Source: Phoronis australis (Eukaryota > Animalia > Phoronida). Taken from it: a stretch of 64,000 nt of DNA. The stretch lies in NCBI GenBank assembly GCA_002633005.1, contig NMRA01000005.1:307173-371172 (forward strand), in the 5' to 3' direction. The translations under genes and the position numbers were made by a program. The notes beneath the pieces were generated by a model that was not told where the DNA came from, did no database searches, and worked only from the letters and a program-made list of their open reading frames with translations. This document shows positions 54,625 through 64,000 of this stretch, piece after piece (the stretch's first letter is position 1; each line of letters begins with the position of its first letter).

Positions 54625-54788
54625 CAATGAAATGGCCAGTGTTTTAAGAAGACATGGTGGACTATTAAGACATTACAAGACGGTGCTTGTGGAGAAATCT
54701 TTTATTACGTCAGTGTAACATTAGTACTGTTTGCTTGGTTCAGTTGTGAATTGTAAAATAATTATTTACAACAAAACATTTTCAATTG

Positions 54789-56739
54789 TCAAAATAGTTT
54801 CGGGCCATTATGCTGGTATGACATCAAATTTGCTAAAAATACTGCTTCTAAGAAGTTCGACGAGAGTGGTCCCCAGTGTTGAAGTCTTGGAGTTTGAGCT
54901 TGTCCGATGAAGCAGACGACATTTATGATGAGCTGTGGCCACAGTTCATGTGTGAAGGCAATGACAGCAGCGACCAGAATACTGTAGACACTCAGTATGA
55001 TGACTGGCAGTATTAGACTGAATGAAGACTGGAAAGTAAAATGAAGGGACATTGAAATTGTTGAATATAAAATTTTAATAAAATTTGTTTCATGCATTTG
55101 TTGCTTGCTTGTAACATTTAACAGTGGGGGCAGTCATGATTCTTCATGAAGCAATCGTTTGCACACCAGTTGAAACTTTGAAATTTCCCCTTTCAAACAG
55201 CACTATTTGCTATACTATTGAGCTTTTCGTTTGCATGCTATTACCTCATGGGCAGGCGTGAAAGTGAAATTGCAAATGTTGGTTTTGTCAAATTTAAACG
55301 CCAATGCTCCTAGCTTTCAGAGTGACATAGGTGTTTGTGCAGTGAATCTAGTGTCACTGTACGCTTGTTCATTGGGTGCCCAGTGTTTTTGGCATACTCT
55401 TAAGAATGTGCGATACAACTTCTGTTTTTAATTGGAAATGATGCTGGGAGTATCAAAAGTCTTATCCAAGAACTCTGGCCTCTATTCAGATCCTGGCATG
55501 AACTTAAGCTGTCATGTAGCATGACTTGAGTACCAAATGGTTAAATTTATTAGTTGAGTCAGGTGTACAGAGATGAGAGATGAAACCATCAGCTCAAGCC
55601 TTTTTGCCGCAACATATTGAGGGTCGCTGGCCAGCGTCAACCTGATCTAGACTGAAGAAACTTCGGCTTCTCATTGTCTGACAAGTTCACTAAAAAATGA
55701 CAACAAACTGACAAGTGCTGGCAAGTACTTGGCAGCTTCAAGCAGACCACGTGACATGCATTTCATGTTTTGGTCACTGTAGTCCAACATAGTTCCCATT
55801 CTATACTCCATCACATGGGCGGAGCACCATAGGGGCTATAGCCCCCCCCCCACTTTTTTCAGTGCTGCCCTGCTCATGCCTCGCACAGTCCACTGGTATA
55901 AGTGTTGCTATTGCCAGATGACGTAAGGAAAGTTTGGAACACTCACTTTGTGGTTGAAATGTGTTGTCCAAGAGAATAACGTCATACTAAGTGCATTGCG
56001 TGTACTTTGCTACTTGTGGCACGTGGCCGAATTATATAAGTTTAAGTCTCGAATTTTTGCCTTAAATCTCAGATAATAAGCATCTTCCATTGGTATGCAG
56101 TGCATTACGAACAAGCTAGCAATAACATAACTCTGGCCTCACGGACTAATTTTTGTGACAGTTTTACTTTCGTTTTGGGCTGCTTAGAGAGAAAAATAAG
56201 CAAAGTGAGAAATGCAAATATTGCAATTTTAGAGACAGTAGATAACTACTACCGCTCCTTACCTCGTAGACGCTTATCTTTTAAAATCAAATTTACCTCA
56301 CCTTTTGTTTACTCAGAGTGTACCGTATGAATCCCATGTCGTCTGTTAGCGCAAGATTGCCGAAAACCCTGTGCCCGAATTCATATACTCCGTGAATAAA
56401 AAAGAGAGCTGTTGTCACTCGGCCCAATGTCACCAACCAGTCATGTCCGTCAAGGTACTCGCTTAACGTGCACGACAACGACAGAAACAGGAACGGCAGT
56501 AAGACTAGGTGACACAGGTACGATAGGTACATGAGCCATTTGAAACTTCCCGACAACCCGAGGAGGGCACTGAGAGTAAATCGAACATTGTCCACTAGGC
56601 ATCCGCCTGCGATGACAAGAAGAGGATATGTGATGGATGGGCTTGCAGAGTCCTGAGCGATGAATGACCATTGGCTCTTTAACAAATGGAAGTGTATGAG
56701 CGCGTACGCTAAGAACGGGATCGACTTCCACGAGATCAT
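54789..56739 (-). CDS. Uncharacterised multi-pass membrane protein, about 225 aa, two coding exons
   Basis: Exon 1 56739-56302 (donor gtgagg) and exon 2 55028-54789 (acceptor tttactttccag) join in phase 0. About 7-8 hydrophobic segments. Minus-strand AATAAA at 54701-54706. Confidence 0.75.
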
Positions 56740-57193
56740 GTCACGTACTGATGAATGCTGGTACAGATAAGGTCATATCGACGGAGTGATAAGCGCACAC
56801 TCAGATAAAAACACAACTCACGGCATCGTACAATTAATCTCTCTTGTACCAGGGTCGTCCCATAAGTTCTCAGCCTTACCGAATGTCACGCCGCGAAGCC
56901 CAATGTCACTGCATGATTCAAAAACCTTATCGCCACCAGTAAACAAACCGCATATGATTTGCTGCACGTCGGTGAACGAGGTTTGGTATCGCCTGTGAGT
57001 TTGGTATGTCAAAAAGCAAAGAAAACTTTCCTTTTGCTTGAGGGGCACGAAGACCCACAAGTTCCAATCTCGATGGCAACCAGAGATTAGGGGTAATTGA
57101 CAGCCAGAGGTGAAAACTGGAGTGAATAACGGACAGGGCTAATACAAGCCCGAGCAGCAGTAAAAGTCGACTACAAAATCAAACGAATTATAC

Positions 57194-58264
57194 ACAAAAC
57201 GTACCAAGAGTGGCGTACATGAAGTAACATCCCACTAGACATTATTCCGTAGTTTGTCCAGCTGCTTACAGTGAACTCAAAAGGTCAAGTTGCAGGTCGC
57301 ATCATAGATTATAGACAACAGATTCGCAACTCCAACATTTTTTCCATACTATCCTAGAGGCGGCGCCACTCTCCTAAATTTTAGGTGGCATTGAATAGTT
57401 AGGCTGCGGCCGCGGCCAATTTGCACCGGTGCCAAAATATAGAAATTTTGGGGTAGGCCAAGTTTGGGGGCATTTTGTAGGTGGGCATTGCACGTAGGCT
57501 CAGTGAATGTGGTTTGTTTGTATTTGTGAACATGCTGTGAATAAAAAAAGGCCACTTTCTTGGCTGTAGCTGCACTCTTCTTCAAGATGGCGGCCCCCAG
57601 CTGCAATTGTGCATTGTTGGGTAGCGACCGAGAAATTGGCTGTGATTTTAGGTAGCCCTCAAACAAGCAAGAATTGCAAAAAAACTAGTTGGTTGACAGT
57701 ACTTTTGGACCACATTTTCTGAATCGGTAGGAAATTTGCTTTCAGACTCTAAGTTTGGTTTTAGTCGTGCATCGGCAGGGAAGTGGTGTTTTTCGGGTGA
57801 AAAGTGCCGATTTTGCATTTTTTTGCCCTTATTTTTCTTAGTCTAGCTTGGTTGTCAGTGGGAATGAAATGGTCAAAAATACAAGAAAGAATAAAGTTTC
57901 TGTGCTCATCTGCTGGGCTTTTTATGTGAAATAATTGAAAACATGCCATTCTTTGCATCCTGTTTTTGACAGAGTGAAGAAAAGGTTACAAATCAAGTGA
58001 TGTATGTTTTGCTAGGCAAAACCCAGTGAGAACTGTTCTGTGCCTCCTTATGTCCTGCAACCAACATGAATGGCCCGCCTCAACCGTACTGGTGCAAGGG
58101 TTCATCCTGGTTATTTATAACGTACCGAGAGTGGCGTACATGAAGTAATAAGATGCCACGAAACATTATTCCGCGTATGGACCGAGACCGAAGGTCGAGG
58201 TCGTTAAGCGGAATAATGTAGAACGGGACATTACTTCATGTACGCCAATCGAGGTACGTTTTGT
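57194..58264. mobile_element. Element bounded by inverted/direct terminal repeats with a terminal hairpin of about 140 bp (Crypton-like or other non-autonomous DNA element)
   Basis: acaaaacgtacc.agagtggcgtacatgaagtaa..cattattccg at 57194 recurs directly at 58119 and inverted at 58208-58264, around a ccgagaccgaaggtcgagg loop. Confidence 0.5.
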
Positions 58265-60619
58265 ATTCGCAAAGTTTTTCCCATACGCTTCGAATTATTT
58301 TTTTTTCAGTTTTTCCGCAGATTTTCAAATACTTCACTCAAGACCGTTCACGTGGCGGATCACAACCTACATGTACTGTACGTAGGCCCTACTTGCGGGT
58401 TAGGTTGCAAGTTTCTCTGAAAGAAACAATTTTAAATGTAACGATTTATTACTTGAAAAGAGATAAAAGAGATGAAAACAATGGTAACTTTGCAATTAAC
58501 TTGTAACATCTCCTGAAAATAGTTAAATAACAACAATATTAGATATTGCAGTTACTGAGGAATCGGCGCCTGCGTTGCAGACGATATAATATTTAGCAAA
58601 AGAAATCGGAGACACTGTATAATATTAACAGTCCTGTTCAGATGTTACGATTGAGATGATTGCATATTGAGTGTCATTTACACTGCTACAATTGTATTAC
58701 TTTATATTATTTTCTGAAAGTTTGATGATCGAACCGGCTGAACGACGTCGACACTGCGTATACCTTTCGAACTTTCCATGTCAGAGGTCACTGTTGAAGA
58801 CGCGCGGGAGGTGAATACCGAAAAAAGTATTACATGCCCGTATTTGCCTCGACAGATTCAACGCGTATGGGATAAATATTAGTTGATGAGTTTTAAGGAC
58901 AGTGCTTTGTGAGGTTGTACGTCGCTCCAAAGTTATATACTCTTGACGAAGATTTCTGTAGTGCCAACGACGGGGCGGCGTTTATGAGAAGGCAGCGAGA
59001 TCGACCTATAGGACTATAAGACCCGCGGGCCCGCTAATCGGTTCACTCCTGCAACTGTCGACGCAATCGAAGAGGCCAGTACTCACATTCATACCTCAGC
59101 AGAATCGATTTGCTCAGGAAATACCGTGTCAGCCCGACATAGTATTTTTAGCATAGAGTAGGCTAGGTACATGTATCTATTTCCGAACCACCGGTTCAGC
59201 GGCATACGGAAACTTCGGTTCGGGGTCGATGGAAATGCCGGCCGGGGTCGGGGAATGATGCCCGTATTGAGGATTAGAAAACAGACCAAGGTCCAAGGTG
59301 ATGCCCAGGAAACCATGCCAGAAAATGGGCACCGGAGTCATTACCGGAGACGAAACAGGCACCGATTTGCCCTCTCTCGCAGGCCCTCCCCGTCACCAGT
59401 GATTCGACAGTTATAGGCTTCTGCGGGAAAGCTCAACACGTAACCAAAAGAGAAGATTCACCGACGTAAACTGCTGCACAGTGTAGACTGCCTACCATAC
59501 ACCACACACTTACAGTAACCACCACCGAGCCTCGGAATTCAGTGATGAGGTCTAAGGCAAAAATTAACTGAAGGCTCTGACGACCAGGCTCAGTGCGAGC
59601 GATAACCGTTACTAGTTTTCGAAGAGCGCCTTGACTTCGCTAAAATCAGTCTACGGATGGCTTAATTAGAACCTATGCAAAATCAGGCTAAATCTAAAAC
59701 CCCCTCTGAGAAAATCTGTGTAGCCTAAAATTCAAACTAATAGACGGCCGTAGCTCGGCTTGCTCGGGAGCAGACCATAGAGCAAAGTAAACATTCATCT
59801 TTTCGGATGGCGTCCATCCGAAGTGTCGGCAAAGGATACGATTATGACCGGTTGCATAGTGAAATCACTATTATCCAATCAATGAATTATCGTGATGGCC
59901 GTGGTCTCTGGTTTGCAAAAGTTTTTAGCGAACTTGAATATTCTCGTGGTACGCGCCATCGATCACGCTGCATTCTATTTTTATTTTTTGCATTTTAATA
60001 TTAAACACGGATTACGATTTTGTGCCAGCTAAGGGCGAAATGTAGCTCTAAGAAGAACATAATTTCCACCCCCCAAACACAACAGTAGGCCAATTCAAAA
60101 CGCCACCAAATAAATGAAAGCTAACTGAAAAAGATTTCACCATGCATTGACGGTGTTGAGATGACCCGTCCAAAATGTGGGCTATTCTTCAATTCCGCTA
60201 CCAGTAAGGTAGGCCTATATTGGTGGGTAGATATAACAGTCCCCAAATTAAAGGGTGGCACCTTTTTTTAACAAAACCATATATAGCATTTATTTTGCCA
60301 CGAGTTTTCTACCAAACTACATCGAGATTTCGTTGTGGAAACCATAGTTTAGTAGGTGAGAGTGGTGGGCACTTAAAAATTGACTGAGGATAGAATATGC
60401 CTTTTTGTATGAGAAACTATGTTGAAGACGAATGGCATTTTGTTCTTGTTTGCGATGCACTCCATGACCTCATCAGGAAGTACCGCGCAGTGCGTTTTGG
60501 CGATTTCCAACCTTCATGAATTTCATTCACATGAGCAAAGTTTTTTTTTGCTACAGCAGGATAATTACATGTCACATAAAACAATACAGTATACATTGTT
60601 TACAAAGAATAACATTAAA

Positions 60620-61155
60620 TCATTAGTCAAGAAGTACCGTATTTCCTTCAGGATGTAATTTAATAAAGTTAATGAACAATTGGAAATTAAGTTTTTTTAA
60701 CAAACTTTTGGCTAAATATGTGATTTTTTTGCTAGCATGATCAACAGATTAATATTACAATTCCGACTGAATGTTTCCAGAAAAACAAAATGTTTGTTTT
60801 AACCACTCAGCAAACAGGATCCAGAAACCGGAGACAAGACGACATTCCCAAAAGAGATGGAGAAAAGTTTCACTGTGTTCACCACAGAAGAGCATAGATC
60901 ACTTGTTTTTATTTTAATTTTATGTAAATAATTATTAGAAGGTAATATTCTGTGAATTAAGCGGTATTGAAACCAACACAATTTTGTATCTTTTGTACAA
61001 TTGAAGGGGACTTAGGGGAGTTTATTTACTTTTCTCCTGCATGGATTATTACTACATTATTTATAACACCGTTTATATCTATTAAAGTGTCGCACCTTAC
61101 AAAGACTAGACACGCATACAAAAATCACTGGCGGTATATTGAGCGTATATATTCT
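60620..61155 (-). mobile_element. L1/Tx1-clade LINE ORF2 3' fragment (zf-RVT region), degenerate
   Basis: Minus-strand KDTKLCWFQYRLIHRILPSNNYLHKIKIKTSDLC, then frameshifted ETFLHLFWECR..FW and NLLIMLAK..I. Confidence 0.8.
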
Positions 61156-63434
61156 TCTAACTGGAATGTCAACTAGTTATCAGTTCTAACTTCAAAGGAT
61201 TGCAAACCCGGTTTTGGCCTATTAACAGATATTAAAAACGACTTTCTCATCCAATTCTCTGAAACAAAGTAATGCTCTCTAACACTCTCAAAAGTTAGGA
61301 GGAAACGTTTGGTCGATTCCTGTCTTTCAACATTCAGACACCAATGATGCATTAGCAGATGACACAACAAACGGGGATTGGTTGAAATCATCAAAGCCGA
61401 GGGTTTAGTATCCTTTTTAAAGAGGTGCACAGTCTTGAAATCGGTGGTCATTTTCGTGGTTAAAAAATCATACAACACGTACATGCCCCACACGTGACTT
61501 TTTGATTTTGTACGCTTTCATAGTGCGAACACGTGGTGAATTCACGCGCAGGCCTACAAATTCCACGTGATTGTTGCTCGTCCCCCATCGCACAATGACA
61601 AAAGCCACTGGGCCGGATTCGGCAGCGGATTTTGTAGCAGTGACTAAACCACATGAACCAGTTTTGACGGAGAGCGGAGGTTGCAGATAAAGATTCGGCC
61701 GACTCTCGCCAATTAGCTCCGAGCAAGGTGTCATTCCTGTTGTTTTTTCTTTTGTTGTTTGTTTAAGTTTGAAATAGATCCGTATCATAATAGTATTTTG
61801 AGTAGAACTGGCTTCGATATAAGAAACACTGCATCGGAAGTCTTAACGAACAATGCAAAAACGGTGACCCACTGAGACAGCCTCCTAACATTTGGAGTTT
61901 TGTTACCCCGAAGCCTAAGCTAGACTCGGTTTAACTAACCCGCCCTAATCAATTCAAAAATTTTAAAATGCTTGTGGCTTAGTAGCCGAGAAGCTGTACA
62001 AAAACCTATACGCCAATTTCTCTTGCATCGATTTTAAAAAATCAAAGACGGCTACTATTTACTTTTCAATTAAAAAACACTCATGTTGGTCGTTATCCTT
62101 CCTTAGTGTTCGTCTTTTACGCTGACACTCTTACGCTGAACAGTGCGTTGTCGTGTTCATGCGTCCGCAATACACGTTCAGCCAAGCTCGTGAATAGCAC
62201 TTCAATCCCATCAAGCCTTTTATGTGCTGAAAAAATCGCTGAATACTGTGGAATAAACAGTAAACACTTTCTCGTCCATTCCGTGCAAATCCTGTTAGCG
62301 TAAGATTTGCCTTAAGTCGCACCTACAATTACAACCTTTCTGACGGATGGAAGCCAGCCAAGATGCTCAATTTATCAAAACTGAGTAACCGGCTTCTTTT
62401 TCGTGATCAAACAAAAAAGAAACAGTGAGTCATCTGGAAAAAATGTATTCGTAAGGGCACCTATTTGCGTGTGCTTGAAACCCGCGTTAAATACATGTAC
62501 GCAAAGAACGCCAAAGCTCGTCAAAAACATCTCAATTCCCGACGAAGTACCATTTCGTAACGTCTACTACAGAGTTATTCACTTTCCCCTGTGAGGAAAT
62601 TTTCAGACAAAGTCACAAGATTCATGATTTTTGAAATACGCGCGAAAGAAAAACACTGCAGCACCACGGATATTAATCTTTCTCCCACTTATGATAAATA
62701 CTCGCATGCACTCACAGTCACACAGCTGACTAAGACGGATATTTCAAAGGACGATTATCATGTGTGATCGCACAGCACAGTAGAGGCAATCCAGTGGCGG
62801 GGGTTTTCTATAGGTCCCAGCCCCCTGTGGTGCACTGCCCCGCATAGCCCATGGGCGGCCAAAGCGCTGAAAAAAGTGGCGGGCTACAGCCCCCCCCAGC
62901 CCCCTATGGTGAGCCACCCATACAAAAGAAATTCATTGTGCAAAAAGTGCCATGTAGCCTACCGCCCTTGAAGGTCATGCGTCTCGCATGCAAGTTTCAT
63001 ACCTCATTGTAATGTCCCGTCGACTTATGTAGGGATGTGTCTTTACATCCAGCCAGAGTAAACAATGGTGTATTCAGGTCAATTAGTTTCTTCGAGGTGC
63101 GAGACGAGATTTTCTACAACTACTGGTACATTCCGTTACCGGTACCCCAAAAGGCCAAAGCTTACCAAAACACGGTTTGCACCGATCCCTAAATAAATGA
63201 AATGGAAACGTAATCATCAGTCAGCAAGTCAAAGACCCGCGTCAGAGGGACTGGGGTAAAATGTTCAGATTTCTATAGAATTGTGAGCAAATGGTTAACT
63301 AAAGACTGAATTTATTAATGGCAAAACGCAAACTGGAAGTCCAATTTTTGTTCAATATATCGCTTTTCCATATAGAAGCAAAACTAAAATTGAAAATCTG
63401 ATTGCCCTACTTGGAATGCGCGGCAAACGAATAT

Positions 63435-64000
63435 TCCCAGATAGCATCACTACGTTGGGCCGACGTCGCCATTCGTTGGCTCGAGGTCGATTGGTCGCGG
63501 TCGGTTTTTTGACGTTGGTCCGACGTTGGTCGGCGGTCTACGTGATACTGCTTTTAAAAGCCTGTTTTGCACTTCCAAGTAAATTCGACGCTTGCGATAT
63601 TATTTTTTTATAGTTACAGTGTATAAGTCAACCTATTTGTCCTACTTTGAATATTGTTCAGTCTTGACGTCGGACCAACGTTGGCTCAGCGTCGGGCACG
63701 TTTGACGTTGGGCCGACGCGGGTGCGACGCGGTGCGAAAAATCATATGTGGTGCTGAGTCCGACGTCGGTCCAACGTCGTGTCGTTGTCAAAAGTGTAGG
63801 TCCATTTAACTATAGCGTCAAATTGAAAAAGGAAAATTAAAAATCCGTCTGTTATTCAGAAAAATATTTACTGCCGTGCATAAGTCAACCTATTTGTCTT
63901 TCTTTGAGTATTGTTCAGTCTTGACGTCGAACCAACGCTGGCTCAGCGTCGGGCACGTTTGACGTTGTGCCGACGAGGGTGCGACGCCGGGTGCGAGAAA
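63435..64000 (+). mobile_element. Left end of a CCCAG-terminated (EnSpm/CMC-type) element with subterminal gacgttgg.ccgacgt repeats and a 257-bp tandem unit
   Basis: Starts cccagatagca and has many acgttgggccgacg motifs in both orientations. The block ataagtcaacctatttgtc...gtgcga repeats at 63623 and 63880. Confidence 0.55.

Noticed and set aside
61173-61788. Overlapping minus-strand ORFs of about 100 aa next to the LINE fragment
   Set aside because: No recognisable domain or consistent splice structure.

Overview
AT-rich, intron-containing animal genomic DNA. It is probably a marine invertebrate (lophotrochozoan-like); that assignment is inference from gene and repeat style. Four recognisable genes were reconstructed by hand with phase-consistent splice sites: prickle (-), HAUS7 (+, head-to-head with prickle), an intronless divergent HEXIM (-) and NAA10 (+). 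A two-exon multi-pass membrane protein gene (-) resembles an uncharacterised bacterial family and may overlap the NAA10 3' UTR in antisense. The first 15 kb carry four phase-compatible + strand exons: two resemble the poly(A)-binding protein (PABPC) linker and one holds the start of a mono-ADP-ribosyltransferase (PARP) catalytic domain. This is a candidate PABP-PARP chimeric gene whose 3' exons are not visible. Introns and intergenic DNA contain a degenerate Ty3/Gypsy element split by a TA-TSD MITE, Penelope-like relics with hammerhead-ribozyme motifs, Helentron-type, P-type, Harbinger-type and EnSpm-type non-autonomous elements, and an L1/Tx1 fragment. Two tandem duplications of about 0.9-1 kb around single Ns look like assembly artefacts. 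All homology calls come from motif recognition, not database searches.
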